DNA of 64,000 nt from Phoronis australis (GCA_002633005.1 NMRA01000072.1:144952-208951), one strand, 5' to 3'. Positions 29,897 to 43,860 are shown, numbered from the stretch's first letter. Made by a program: numbers and translations. The notes: generated by a model from the sequence alone, not told the origin.

Positions 29897-31624
29897 ATGA
29901 TGACTACTCAAGCCTGTGTCTACCTGATGCTGTCAGCGATGGTGTGTATTCACCTGGTCATCGCTGGCGACATGTCTCAGATGGTGGGTTCCTCTGCAGA
30001 TGGCTGCCCAAGGCTGTGCTCGTGCGCCGCCGGTCATGTGGACTGTTCTTACCGTGGAATTCAGAGGCTACCACGAATATTTCCCAGGGCGACGTTGTCT
30101 GTGGATTTAAGAGGGAACAACATCAGTGAGGTTGGCGAGAGGGCTTTCATCGGTATACCCGGTGTTAATGTAATCAATTTAGATCACTGTGGAATCAGGA
30201 AACTTTCAAAATTCGCGTTTATTGGGCTTCAAAATATTAGCTCAATTTATCTACGATTCAACAACTTGTCAAGAATAGAACAGAACACCTTTAATGGTGT
30301 GAGAGGCCAATGCGAAAATGTGACTGGTTCGAACTGCGACATTGATTTGTCCAATAATCCCATACAGTCTGTCGCCGGACGCGCATTCAACAACACTAGA
30401 AGAATGAGTGTTTACTTCGGAAACAGCAGGGTTACTCTAAATGTTCACTCTTCTGCGTTTTCTGGATTCGAAAATGGAGAAATATTGTCATTCACCAACG
30501 TGTCAGAAATCGTTTTCTTAAGTTCACTGGCTTTCAAAGGAATGAAAAATGTGAGAACAATATTCTTTGGACATTCGTGGGTGCAAAGGCTTCGGCCGCG
30601 GATGTTTTACGGAGCCACAGGGTTGGGGGAGATTATATTCCAGGCATGCGAACTGTCGAGAATTGAAAGCAGAGCTTTTTCTGGAGTGCACTTTAGTCTT
30701 GAGAAAGATTGTCAAGAGAGTGAATTGGATAGTTATGAATCCTTTGACGATATGGTGTCATCGGGAAGAGTTGAATTTCGCGACAGTGTCATTGAAAGTC
30801 TGCCGTATAAAATGTTTGATGGTTGCAACGTGGGTGCAATAACCGTCTTTGGTAATGACATAAATCGTGTGGCTAACGGTGCTTTCAGAGGTTTGACGGA
30901 ACTTTGCCATCTAAAGCTGTCCAGGAACAATATTCCATCGTTGACATCGGGATTTTTTAGTGGACTTGAGAATGTAAATATGATTCAGGTTCTCAATAAC
31001 AGATTCGCAGCCATTGAGAGTGGCGCTTTTAGTCACGTGACCCATGTACGTCGTGTTGTCATAGCAATGAAAGACGTACCCACGACTGTGACCGTAGAAC
31101 GCGAAGCATTCCGCGGTATGAAGCACGTTGGTGTGTTGCATTTCCACGATATTAACGTCAATTTTCACCCATTTGCATTCAGCGGAGTGTCCGACTTGGG
31201 TGTATTGAACATTGAGCGTCTGAACGAGAGGACGAATGTGACCAAGTTGTTAAAAAACACGTTTAATGGATTAGAAGTGAAAAAACTGCATTTGCACAGC
31301 TCGGGTCATTTTGAACCGGTTAAGGGTGTATTCGATGTATTAGTTGTTAAGGAGGTGAGGCTGGAGTTCAAACAGTTGAATTGTGGGTGTGAAGCTGGGG
31401 TTATGGCACGAGTATTGAAGAATGTCGCTGCAACGTATTACGTGTACTGCCGTAAACAAGTCAGCACTGGTCCCTTGCTCACAAAAGATACTGAAATTCA
31501 AATGCTAGATTTTGACGACTGTGAGCAGTTTGAGGGTCAGACGTCATCGGGGATCATGACCCGATACCATGTGCAAGCAATTCTGTTGTTGGCAATGTTT
31601 TCAGTGTTGTTTTTACTACGATAA
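29897..31624 (+). CDS. Secreted or probably GPI-anchored leucine-rich repeat protein, 575 aa, single coding exon
   Basis: The protein has a signal peptide, an LRRNT cap (CPRLCSCAAGHVDC), many xxAFxG-type LRRs and a degenerate LRRCT (LNCGC...YC...C). It ends with small residues (TSSG) and a terminal hydrophobic tail (AILLLAMFSVLFLLR), with no cytoplasmic domain. Confidence 0.88.
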   Translation: MMTTQACVYLMLSAMVCIHLVIAGDMSQMVGSSADGCPRLCSCAAGHVDCSYRGIQRLPRIFPRATLSVDLRGNNISEVGERAFIGIPGVNVINLDHCGIRKLSKFAFIGLQNISSIYLRFNNLSRIEQNTFNGVRGQCENVTGSNCDIDLSNNPIQSVAGRAFNNTRRMSVYFGNSRVTLNVHSSAFSGFENGEILSFTNVSEIVFLSSLAFKGMKNVRTIFFGHSWVQRLRPRMFYGATGLGEIIFQACELSRIESRAFSGVHFSLEKDCQESELDSYESFDDMVSSGRVEFRDSVIESLPYKMFDGCNVGAITVFGNDINRVANGAFRGLTELCHLKLSRNNIPSLTSGFFSGLENVNMIQVLNNRFAAIESGAFSHVTHVRRVVIAMKDVPTTVTVEREAFRGMKHVGVLHFHDINVNFHPFAFSGVSDLGVLNIERLNERTNVTKLLKNTFNGLEVKKLHLHSSGHFEPVKGVFDVLVVKEVRLEFKQLNCGCEAGVMARVLKNVAATYYVYCRKQVSTGPLLTKDTEIQMLDFDDCEQFEGQTSSGIMTRYHVQAILLLAMFSVLFLLR

Positions 31625-34600
31625 TGGTGAAGCCGTACCATTCAATCACTTTTACTAATAGGAAAGATGTGAGTCCGTGCCATAAGATCTTTCCACACAG
31701 TTCATTTACCCTGTGCAATGGCTTATTCTCCTGTCTCGCATACGTGGGTGCAGGCGCTTTGGCGGCTGGCAGCAACGTGGGATCAAAACGCCGGTTGGTT
31801 TGGTGCCGGTTGTAAATCAGAAAGCTTCCATTTGGAACGTTTGTAAATTTATTGCAAATTAAGTTCTTGATAATCGACTATTTAATTTAATAACAAGTTA
31901 TATATCAATATTTTCCTACATATACCTAATATACCTTCTACTTTATTGCAAATTCGGCAAATTTAAAAAGCTTGCCATTGAACAGTAGACAGGTTTAGTA
32001 TTTTCGAAGTTTATGGTTGAGACAACCGGCCGCCGTGTAAAACCAATAAAAGAAAAAGTTGTGCGTGTGGTTACAGCTTATTAAAAGTGCATTTCCTCTG
32101 TATTTTGCTGCCAAAAAAACGTGAAGTCATTTAAAGTCATGAAATCAGCGACTCAAAAAAAGCTTTTAAAGTATATTGTGGTTGGACAACCCTGACATTA
32201 CGATTTGAAAGTAGCGTGTGTACGCGTTTCTTGTGACTTAAATTGTCGGCCCATTCGGCATCACGTTCAAGATCTTTTAAGCACGATAGTGTTGTAACCC
32301 CCAAGCGCTTCGGTTAATAATACAACATTGACAGTCTGAGTCGGTAAAATACTTCGAAATTGCCCTCTAAGTAAAGCCTCCTGACATAATGTTGTCAGAG
32401 TCGCAATCGGAGCCTTTTCACCGGTTTTTGCAGACGTTGTAAGTGCCACCCAATCTCAGTTGTCGCCAGATACTGTGTATACATTGTAAGTACACATTAC
32501 AGAGAGTTTTATACTAGCAGACAAGTCGAAACCTGCGAAAAGGCTGCGACTGCGACTCTAATAGCATGATGTAGACCAGGCTTTTTGTCCGTGTGTTTGG
32601 GATATATGTTTTGTATATAGTTGTACTGAGACTATTTGTAAATCACATTCCACACATAGTTATAGCCAAAAAGACGAACGCGCACGGCTAATGGTCTACA
32701 AGATGACAGAATACAAGATACTGGCAGACGTAATGTTTGCGCTGATAGGCTTTATCGCGAATGGTCCTGGTGGGTTTTATGAATTTGTATGATGAAAACG
32801 TGAAATATTTATGTATTTTTGTTGCTGCGTGGTGTGTGTGGTTGTAAAAAGTCTTTCTGTTTTGCCAATACTGTACATTTGCATGTTTGTTAATATTGTT
32901 TTGTGGGTGCTATCAAATGTTATGTCAATTGTAAGTGTAAATAAATGAAGTTTTAAAGAGAAACGTTTGGTTGCAATTGGTCGTCATCCATAGGAGCTGT
33001 TTGTGCAGGTGGGCCGATAAGTAAAGGATGATAACGAAACTGCTGTTCCGTAGATTAAAGTTTCTTCAGTTCCACAATATTGTGTTGGGTTTCTCCGTGC
33101 TCCGGTGTATAAGGATTTTTGTGTTTTGTGAATTTAATTCAAAGCATTTTTAATGTATTCATATAAACACCGATCTTTCTCTAAAAAAGGCCTAACAATA
33201 CGCTAGTTGGCCTTTGGCATTATTTCCTTACGGCTACTTCCACCGTGACTGAAGATATACTTTAAATACTCCTCAGATGGGTGACATTTTTACGACCAGT
33301 TTCCCAACAAAAGGATTCTTTTCTGACAAAGCTTCCTAAGAAAGGGAGCGTTTTCCGATAAAATTTCCTACAAAAGTTCAATTTGGAATTCTGTAAAGGG
33401 TCAAGTTCTTACACAAATCCACCGCAATTTTTTAATATCTAGTTCATAAAACTTTTCTTACAAAAGATGTGTACTCATATTTGACAACATACTCCATCTC
33501 TTCTTAGTGTCTCGCAAAGGCAAGTTATTCGTTGATTCCTTGAGAGCACGCCACGCCGTATATGTGGGCTTTTTGTACTGGAGCCTGGTCTCAAACATTA
33601 AAGAACTGCCATTTTTTTCAAGCCCATAAATCACACTTCTTTTGACCACGGGGCAAATTGAGACCATTTCATAGGGTAAGTGGTTTAGATTAAAATTAGG
33701 TTCGCGACAGATGAAGGCGAATTTATAACTGCTAGAAGGGAGCCTGTAGTGTTTCCAGAAAACATCATACAAAAGAATGACGTTTTCATGAAGTTCCGAA
33801 ATGGGTGAGCTGCACCTATCCCCCACCCCCCTCCGTCAAAAAGTAATGCCCGGCGGCTTATTTTCAACTTTAGCATGGTACGACCCCGACTGTGTTTAGT
33901 GTCTTCGCTGCAACGATATGTCGTAAATTTAAACTTATGCTCAACATCCACGATGACGCTGATAAAAAGACCCGACTCTGGGCACCTCTCCGTCGCTGAA
34001 GATTCGATATATTCAAAAACACATGCTCCTCACTCATCGTATTTCGACAGTTCTCTGCGGGAGGCAAACAGTCATCAACTTGCAATGTTCTTTGATACGT
34101 TCGCACTCATCTCGTCTGAGTGACCTATTTAAGCAAACATTGACAGAGCTGAGATCAGAGACACTCTCTTGTTGACAAAGATTATTCAATACCAAAAGGT
34201 CGTTGTGGTTCGTCACTTCCGACGGCCAATCCGAAACCGTCCTGCGGGGTTATCAGTTGTCTGTCAAACAATTCTGGTCACAAAAACAGTCGCTCTAACT
34301 ACCCTTCTGAATTACGGCAGTCACTTGTTGAATGGAGGTTTGGAATGTATCCATAGCCGACAGGGTTAATTTACAGCCAGTGACTTATTTCTAATGGAAT
34401 CTTAGCGGAAAACATTTTGTTGAAACCATATGGTTCTGCTGTGATGATTTAAATGAAAAAAATACGCCTACGTACTTTGGTCAGCCTGATGATTTCACTG
34501 ACAATACTCTTGCAAGAATTTTCGTTCACGTAGTGGCATTTCCAGAATATACAAATTATAAATACTCGGACGTCTTATAAAAAGTCATGAACTGAAACGT

Positions 34601-34730
34601 AATTAATTTGTAAAAAGTTTGTAAAAGTGTAAATGGAAGGTCGGGACGGAGGAGGCAAAATAAAATAAAAAAGATGTTTCTATAAAATGTACGTGTGTTC
34701 TCCAGAGAAACTTCAAATGATGACAATGAT

Positions 34731-34880
34731 GTGATATGATAATGATGACGACGACGTGATATGATAATGATGACGACGAAGTGATATGGTAATGATGACG
34801 ACGACGTGATATGATGATGATGACGACGAAGTGATAGGATAATGATGACGACGACGTGATATGATGATGATAACGACGAT
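34731..34880. repeat. 25-bp minisatellite x6 derived from GAT/GAC microsatellite
   Basis: The unit gtgatatgataatgatgacgacgaM alternates ..gac/..gaa endings, giving a 50-bp superperiod. (gat)n and (aat)n tracts follow to ~34927. Confidence 0.9.
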
Positions 34881-36963
34881 GACGTTGATGATGATGATAG
34901 TAATAATAAGAATAATAGTAATAATAGCTAGTACTATGCGCAACTACGAACTATTCATTTTCTGGATTTTTTAGATAATAATTAAGACGCCCCAAGTGGT
35001 TAAAGTGCCAGATTTTTGGGGGGCCAATGACAATTCCACAGGTTTCCCTTCATAAGGGATTTTATAAACTAAAACAGTAAAATAATGTTTACAGTTATGA
35101 ATGGTGAACGTTTTTTTACAAAACATTTCAGCTCCATCTACTGGTCAGGGCTCACTGTGCACACATGATCTGCGAGAAGTTTGCAGAAGTGTCAAGCGGA
35201 TATCGGTGAATCTGTAAATTACAACTTGAAATTAAAGTGTTTTGATTCATGTCAGATACGTCAGACTTCTTCATGTATGTTCACTCTCCGGGGAAATGCT
35301 GTGGCACAATTGAATGTCTGGAGTGATTGGGCTAAGAAGTTCATCTCTTTTCAGCTAAAGCCTCGATAAAGTGGTCCAGTTTTTTCAAACTCTAACTCAA
35401 ATGTTCGATAAAACCCTCATAATGACACCGGTTGTGTTTAACTGAAGACGATTAACGGGAGACTAAAGTATTTCGAAAAAAATCCTTTCACAGAATACGT
35501 GTTTTAACTTTCAGAATACATACTATTCCCAATCGCTCTTGAATACACCTATCCACCGCCCAACACCCATTTATTCTTGGACTTCATAACTTCATGTATG
35601 ACAAGAGTCTCTAAGGTGCGCGTTCAGTGGACGCACCTCACTTTGAAGCAAACCCCAGAGTTATCACGTGTTCCGCCTTGCTATACAGCACGCAGGTTCG
35701 AGGCTATACAGTAGCATGGCAATATCTCGCGAAGACTTGAATGATCTTACTTATCTCGCAACAAACTTGTTCCACAGGATACGGCCTGATGTGCCCATGC
35801 CCATGGCTTCAAAATCTAAATTCCGCGCTGCGTGAGATTTTTAACCCCGGTTTCACGCTGCACGCGTCACACCCTCGGGTTATATACGCTTGATAACACA
35901 ATTCGTGTTATGATAGTTGGCCTTATATTTACAATAAATAAACAAACTTATTTAATGTGACAGCAAGAAACTAACAATAAAAATGTTTGGTGGAGGTAGA
36001 ATATACTGCGAATAACCAAAGAAAACTTGATTTGGACTAAGAGGAATTCCGCCTGAAGTGTGCAACATGCTATTCAAACGTACAAACCCTCTTTGAATCT
36101 GGGTAAAGGCAGGTATTAACACACAAGTTCTTTTACTGCATTTTGAAAAATAATACTGTGATACATCACTTATTTTTTGTATAATATACAATCATTTTAA
36201 TTCGTCGAGGTGGCTGTAATAGATGCTATTTCCGCCCCAGTTTGATTAAAGCGTCATGCCCCGCATCTCATTGAAAACCTTTGTTTTTATTTTTGTTTCG
36301 GGGTGATTTTTTTTTTACAAAACGGCGAGTTAGCATTCCTAATTACAATCAAAGATCCATTTATTGATTGGAGTTCTTTTGTGGTATCGACGAGAAATTT
36401 AGTCACGCTGATTTTACAGGACGTTTGTGTTTTCATTTATGCTATCTTTAGCTGACACGGTAGTAATTGAAATTATTTTTTCCTTTTTTCATGCTATATT
36501 CGCGAAACGTTATCTTTATTTAACAGGATGGTGATAGCATGGATATTTTATTTTTTATTTTGTCATTTGAGTTCAAGAAGTTACGACACTTCAAAACAAA
36601 CAAATGACATAAACATGATTTAAAAATTATCAATTGTGAAGTGAGTGGGGGGCGGCTCTTTTAACAAAACAGGAAAATGTATCGGGAACCACGACAATTT
36701 TTTGTTTGAAGTTGGGGTTGAAATTTGGTTGCGGTTACGATTATGATCTCTAAAACCACGTGTTCTCGGCGTTCCCTCCGAGCCTACGTCTAACATGCAA
36801 GTCACCAGGAGGCGAGACTGTCAAGTACAAGAGTAAGCCCACCCAGATTATCTAATTAAATGTCGTGAAAATTGACATTTAGTTGTGAGCTGAAATGGTT
36901 GGATGGTATTGCTTTTGAAGCGCGCAATTTTCATGCTTTTTCGTCTGAAAACACCGCACGTGA

Positions 36964-38243
36964 CAGTGGCGTATCTACGGGGGGTTCAGGGGGTTTAAAC
37001 CCCCCCCCTTGGGACAGGACCCAAAAATAAAAAACGTCTCCAACAAAACAAAAACGGCATCGCCAGCGTGTGTAAACCCCAAGTAAACCAACTTGGAAAA
37101 AATTGAGGAAAAATATATTTTTGCATTGTGAATTGCTGTTATGAAAATCAACGGATTTCGAATCTTCGTGTCTCATCGGCAAAACGCGCGGAGATCAATT
37201 GTGCACGCGCTTCCGTCCACACTTCTGAAGTAGCCAAGCATTTAAGTGGATCCACCGCTGAAAGAGCAGCTCTATACTTGATTTCTTTAGGTAACTAGCT
37301 TCTTTACTTTAAGATATGTTTTGATTTGATTACGGGAAATGCAGTGGTGCCGCAACCCTGATATTCAGGCGAATTGACGTGCAACGTTTTTACCTCATCT
37401 GTCATGCGGTATCATTTTATCACACTCCACATGTTTGTACCTCGAATTTGACTGGTATATAGTAAAGTTGTCTTGGGCAATATCATGAGTGTACATGTAC
37501 ATGTAATATTTTTGAAAAAAATCGTATTCCGAAGAATTGCTATTGTGGCGGGCGCTGTGGCCTGGTCGCGAGTCCGTTTGAAGATGCACTCTAGCAAGTT
37601 ATGTCTATACAAGGAATGACCAAAGGGGCACTCACATTGACAAAGTGACCGCATTCGCGAACAGTGTACAGTACCGGAAATTGCAGGGAGGCTGTACTTT
37701 CACAACAAAGTCTTGCGGGACTCGTGCGATGTTCAATAGGCCTCCTAAGGAGCCCTAGTGCCGACCTCAACACCTACCGTCTTTCTACCTGCAATAAGCA
37801 CCACTGCCGTTTTCTTTACTGGAATTTCCGCAGAAATGCCCAGCCGACGAAACGCACATGCCTATGGGCATTTATTTGATGTTAGTACTTCGAGTTTCAA
37901 GCGTTCAGACATTTGGGACGTTTATTCCGAAAATTACAAGAGATGCAAATAGGTCCTGGGATACAGCGTCAAGGTGTTTGCTGGTGGTGTGACTCATACC
38001 CAGATGTGCACAACAAAACTCATGAGCCAAGTTCATGTGAAAAAATCAAGAAGGGTTTTTAATTATCTTAAGAAAAACTCCAGAGACATGTTGAGTGCCA
38101 GAAACTTACCAGGATGCATAGAAATTTCACTGTTTGGCAACAAAAACAAAAAAATGTCCCCCCGCTCGGCTCCACGCGCCTCGGATTCGACCTTTGCGGG
38201 AATCCTAAAGCCCCCCCTTATTGAAAACGTAGATCCGCCACTG
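36964..38243. mobile_element. Non-autonomous hAT-like element, 1.28 kb
   Basis: TIRs cagtggcgtatctacg and cgtagatccgccactg match at 15/16. The flanks cgtga/cgtgg look like a 5-bp TSD. Confidence 0.7.
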
Positions 38244-38472
38244 CGTGGGTACAATCTGAAAAGATCTACCATACACGGTACTGTTGGCTTACGAAATAAA
38301 GGCACGTCCAACCCTATTGTATGGGTAAACTCCCTCGTTTTTTTAAACTCGGTGGGGACAGCAGTGGTGTGTATGATGTGAAACGATTCGAGGGCAGACG
38401 GAAACTAAGAGTTCAAAACTTTGTTAGTGGTTATAAACCCGTCTTCCGTCACGAAAACTAAATTTTGAATTA

Positions 38473-38708
38473 TAGACTCCTTACGGTTACAAAATTGTTT
38501 CTCAAACAGGATGCGATTTCCGGGCTTATACAGAAGTGACAGTTCGTTATTACAAGATAGCGACTTAACACGGCGAGTCCTTTTAATGCCGAACATCAGT
38601 GGACTTGAGGAAAAACGAACTGTCAGTTCTTTGGAAGATCATAAATCCGTTCTCATCTGAGCGAGGAACAGGCAGAGACCAATTTTATCGCGGTAAGTAT
38701 AGAGTCTA
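38473..38708. mobile_element. MITE with ~35-bp imperfect TIRs
   Basis: Arms tagactccttacgg..aaaattgtttctc and gagaccaatttt..cggtaag..gagtcta. Confidence 0.5.
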
Positions 38709-41700
38709 AATCAAAAGTTTCTTCCACGGAACACGGCTGGTTTGCCGTTTTTTGTATCAAGCAAAAGCGGGCATTCTTATCACCAGGAAGTCATTACCTG
38801 CTAATGACTTCCTTTTAGTACGCATGTCAGCAGCTCAAAGCGGTTTTAAGAACTTATTAAATTTGTGAATTAATACGCATTGTTCACTTGGTGGGAAGTT
38901 TAAATTCGTGATAATGCCCTTGCAGTGTGATGCTCATGGTTCATGAGATAAAAACATATGCCAGTGATTTTTCGTCGCATGACTTCAAAACAATGAAATT
39001 AAAACGGTTTTCAAGAAGTCCAACCGTGTGTTATTAAAATCCAAGTGCAAGCACCAAGGTTCAGAACAACGCGAGCACAAACCAATTCCCGCTGAAGAGA
39101 GCCAGTGGAGTTATTTAATCACGCCCACTGACAACTTGGGAACGGTTTCCAAAAGCAAAGGCTTGATAGTAATTGATTTAACGAATTAATCCTGACTTTG
39201 GGTTTGTTTTGCGATTGCCACACAAAGGTTCATGCTCAAGTCGTTTGTGCCCTGGCAACAGAATGTTACAACAGTTTTTTTTTTCACCGGAACCAAGTGA
39301 TGCAGACGACAACGCGGCGAAGGCGTAAGACATGCGTTTTTTAAGCCTCAAACCGAAACTTGACCTTGTCGTAATATGATTCATAAAAGTCTGGTAGCTT
39401 CGCCAAGTCCTTATCATTTCTGTAATAGGAGACGTTCAAATTAATCAGAGACTTGTCAGGCGTTGACTGACAATAGCCCAGAATTCCATGCTTCCACTGT
39501 TCTCAACTTGTTCCTTGCTCATGTTACAGGAGGGGATTTCTGAATTTGGAAAGAAATTTCTGTTCGTTATGACAAGTTCATAGCTGGTTTGGCCGGGGTT
39601 ATAATCTTGGTGCTGGAAAGCAGCGAAATCATTTTTGACAAATTCGTTTCTACGTACACCACGGCAATCCATTCGACTCTAAGAAGTCTCGAAAATCACT
39701 TCCGTAGCTACTTTTGAGTAGCAACATAAATTTAGTGTTTTTCGGTAATATCATTAAGTACTAAACTTTAAGAATCTAAGAAGTTCCCAAGGTATGGCTT
39801 GTAACGGCGTTTTGAGAAATTAGACTTTAAAATTTGACGTTTTGCAAAATTTACCCTAGATTCCAACTATACTTGTTGAATAAAAACTTCGAGTTCAGAT
39901 TACTAGGGTTCAGGATCGAAACTGAAACTGAAGTTATTTTTGTCATTTTCCGTTCTAGCTTACTTTTGTGCGAACATGTGAAAACTCAAGATATTTCTGC
40001 GTTCGAGTACATTACCGTTTATGCTTATGGATATCTAGTCCAAATTTGTATTTGATGACCTCTAAATTCGAACTGCAAACTTGAGTAAAAACTCGAAATT
40101 TCGAGTTCAGACTTCTTTAGACCTAATGCTGGGGTCATCAAGTGCAAACTAGGACTTGACAGTCATCCACTCAAGCTATAGAATAATAGACACTTCCATG
40201 TAATCATGAATTTGGAAAAAATTGAGTAGAAAATGCCAAAAATAGTTTCGAGTTCAATTAGGATAAGACCCTGATCCTGGGATTAAATAGGCATTTCATA
40301 ATATACTTGAGCTCAGGATAATAGATCTCGATTTAGCGCATAGTTGAAGGGAGAATGTCAAAAATAATTTCGATTTGGATTTTAGGAAAACATTGGCCTG
40401 GACAAAACATGTGTGCCTTGTCACGGTGGGTCATTTGCGCAGCCGGGTGTATAGTCTCAAAAACTAATGACCTGTCAGGTCTTTCCATGCCCATGAACAA
40501 GTTCTCATCTGTTCGACTTGTTCGTTTCTCTATTACGGTAAACGCCTGCTAAATTTCCCTGTCGCGGCAGACTCTACTATAGGTCTATTGTCAGCAGGAC
40601 TAAAAAATCGTAAAAATTATTTTTTATCGATAAAAATGGCACTGCCCGACCATGAGCAGAAGTGCGAAGATTTTCATTTGCAATCCTAATAACTTAAATT
40701 TGAATTTAATTTAAAAGTTAATACAAAACAGTTTCATAGGTCGTCATCCACATGGTTTAATTATAGAAAAGGGTGGTGAATCAGTTGTTAACAGGGAACA
40801 CAGATATTGTGATTTGTGTTTAAATGGCGAGAACGAAGATAAGTACCATTTTCTCCGTCATTGCGAAACACTGGAAAACCTTATCCAATGTACATTACCA
40901 GATTATTGTAGTTCTGAACAGATGCACATTGTACTGAGATCCAGTGAAACCTTGAACTTCAACCAGGAGACAAAATGTACTGTTGGCGACGAAACTAAGA
41001 AAACGTTTGTAATTTTGCAAGAGGCTTAGTGGCATACCAGTTTTGTTGTCTCGGTTACACATTGACCGTGTCCTGGTAAATTGTACATTTATGGTTTCAA
41101 AAGGCCTTTGGCCAATCAAATTTATATATACATACATAGAAGTCCATGCAAACAGTTACAGTCCTGATCCAAAAATTCGAGTCCAAGAAATACTTAGCTA
41201 TGCCACAGATACTATATTGTAACCATAGACTATGGTACAAAATCTACGGTGTGACTATATCTTTGGCCATCCTAACAGGAAGCTGGTGTGTTCTCAGATA
41301 TACTTTAAATATAAATACCAAGTGCCTAGATAGTGAAAACCGGATGTCAAGCAGCCCGCCGGATGTAAAACAGTCTTCTTGTAGTCTAATTAAAGCTAAC
41401 GAAAACAATAAAAACCATGCCTCTCGTTCAATAACGCTAGGACTTCGCGAGATTACGCGAGATATTGCCGTGTATTTTAAGTGAGAACACGTGACTTTGG
41501 CTAGATTTTAGCTAGGTCCTAGCGTTACTGAACGCACGCCAGCTGTTCGTCAACAAAATAACTAACATTTGATTTAGGGCACTTTACGTTAAAAATCTGG
41601 TTTCAACTTGTTCAATGCTCAGCATTAACAAAGATTTTGTAGTACTCTTTGGCATTAAGACGATTCGTTCAGCCTTGGGAGGAACTTTCGGTTTCGTTAT

Positions 41701-42158
41701 TGCGCGAGATGAGGCTAGAAAGGTTGGATAGTCTCAAGCAACGTCTATTTTCCGGGCCTAACCCAGAAATCATTCTTCATTGGAATCTACAATACTATAG
41801 TCGTCTAAATAAAAAACTCGACTGAAAAAGCGGTTTCTAGCAACTGTAGCAGTATAATTAGAATTGCATCACACAGTGTGATTTTCCCTGCGTACCCATC
41901 GTAGAGAGTTGAGAGAAGCAAAATATTTGAAGTACGTCCTTAAATACTGAGGCGGATTCAGGGCAAGGGTCCAGGGGGTTGGGACCCCCTTTTAGCTATA
42001 ACAGCGGAAATCAAAAACCATGAGGAAAACACATGATTTCTATTTTTATTTCTATGGAACTCTGGGCACAGACATGATGACACTAAAATTCATTACTCAC
42101 TATTGTGAAACAAAATTCTCTTCAATACCTTTGGTTTAACTTGAATGTTCCCTCTCTT

Positions 42159-43860
42159 AACAAGAGCAACGCGGAGCATTGACATGAGCCCACGAATGCA
42201 CCGCAAACGGTGTGCTTCTGGGGTTGTTTATTTGTTTCATAAAAATAGCCACTAGGTGGCGCAAAATATCCAACCCATCTGAGAACGGGAAAAAGTCATC
42301 GCTTCTTTAATAGAAAGCTATTTACCAAATTTCATAAAAATCTGTCAACGATCTTCAAAGAAACGAAGGAAAACGGAAAAAATCAAATTGCCACTATGCG
42401 CCACTAAGGTTAGACTGAACCACAACAAGTCTGTTTGACAGACAATACTTAACTGCGATCACAGGAGTAACGAGAGCGAGAGACACAAGCGCTATCTATT
42501 GGTGAACACGAATACTATGCTATACTAACTGGCGATGGGCACAACGTTCACCAGATCGGCTTGAAAGACGTGGTCTGTTGGTTAGCTTCATAAAAATACA
42601 ATTACTAAATTTAATAAGGATCGTGCAGTGTGTTAAGGAGATGCAGCTCTATGGGAGCAAAACAAAACAAAACTACCACTAGGAGGAGCCACAGTAGTCG
42701 AATTCGTTACAGTCAACCGCCCTCTTCACACTGAGAACATACACGCCAATTTTCAAAATTATCCTTAGAATGGTTTGGTTGATCGAGGAGTGGACGCCAA
42801 AAAAAACAGGAAAAATGGCCACAAGGTGGCACAAAGTACCTCGACTCCATCCGAAAACAAGAGGATAGCATCATCTCTTGACCAATAGATGCCTGCCTAT
42901 ATTCCAAATTTTCTGAAAATATTTTGAGTACCTTTGAAGACACACAGGTAAACCTAAAAAACTAAAATTGACACTACGGGGCACGCTGTTAGTCAGATCC
43001 GTCCGAAAGTTGTCATCCGTTGTGAACATAATGTAAATACACTCACTTGCTAAATTTAGCAAAGATCCTGCAAACGATTTAGGAGATGCAGCCATCATGA
43101 AATGAGCGCAAAAACAAGAAAAAAACTGCCATTAGGAGGCACCACAGAGGTAGAAGCCATCAGAAAATCATCGTCAGCTTCGTAGTAAGGACATACATGC
43201 CAATTTTCACAATCATCCTTAGAGCCGTTTGGTTGATATAGAGGTGGACGCAAAAAAAACAGACTAAAAACAGTAAAAATGGCCACTAGGTGGCGCAAAC
43301 TACGTCATATCCATCCAAAAACGTGATGATAGCGTCATCTCATTAATAGATGCCTATATGCCAAATTTTATGACAATACGTTGAAGACCTTTGAAGATTC
43401 AGAGGTAAACGTAAAAAACTGAAATTGCCACTAGGGGGCACACAGGTAGTCAGATGCCTCCGCAAGTAGTCATCCATTGTCAACATCATATAAATACACT
43501 TGCTAAATTTAGATCCTGCCAACGGTTTAGGAGATACAGCCATGGGCGCAAAAAAACTGCCACTAGGGGCGCCACAGTAAACAAAATCGTTGGAAAGTCA
43601 TCGTCAGCCATCCTCTTCATAGTAAGAACATAAGTGCTAATTTTCACAATCATCTTTAGAGTGGTTTGGTTGATAGAGGGGTGGATGCCAAAAAACTCGA
43701 AAACAACAAAAATGACCACTAGATGGCGCAACATTCATTGAATCCATCCGAAAACGGAAGGATAGTGTCATCTCACTAATAGATGTCTGTATGCCATATT
43801 TTATGAAAATACGTTGAGGACCTTTGAAGATACACACAGAAATATGTGGCCGCATAAAAA
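42159..43860 (+). mobile_element. Helentron-associated (HINE-like) non-autonomous element with internal ~150-bp tandem array (450-bp trimer) carrying CTCF-like motifs
   Basis: It starts aacaagag.. and ends ..atgtggccgcataaaaa. Internal repeated blocks (e.g. ccaattttcacaatcatccttagag..gtttggttga) lie at ~42747, 43201 and 43640. It is flanked by ggcggattcaggg (41951) and tggatccgcctag (43861-43873), which suggests nesting in a hAT-like MITE. The Helentron class is inferred. Confidence 0.65.

Noticed and set aside
33458-34369. Cluster of overlapping ORFs suggesting a decayed gene
   Set aside because: No frame gives recognisable motifs or consistent exon boundaries.
34713-34943. 76-aa Ile/Ser/His-rich ORF
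   Set aside because: It is a translation of the minisatellite.
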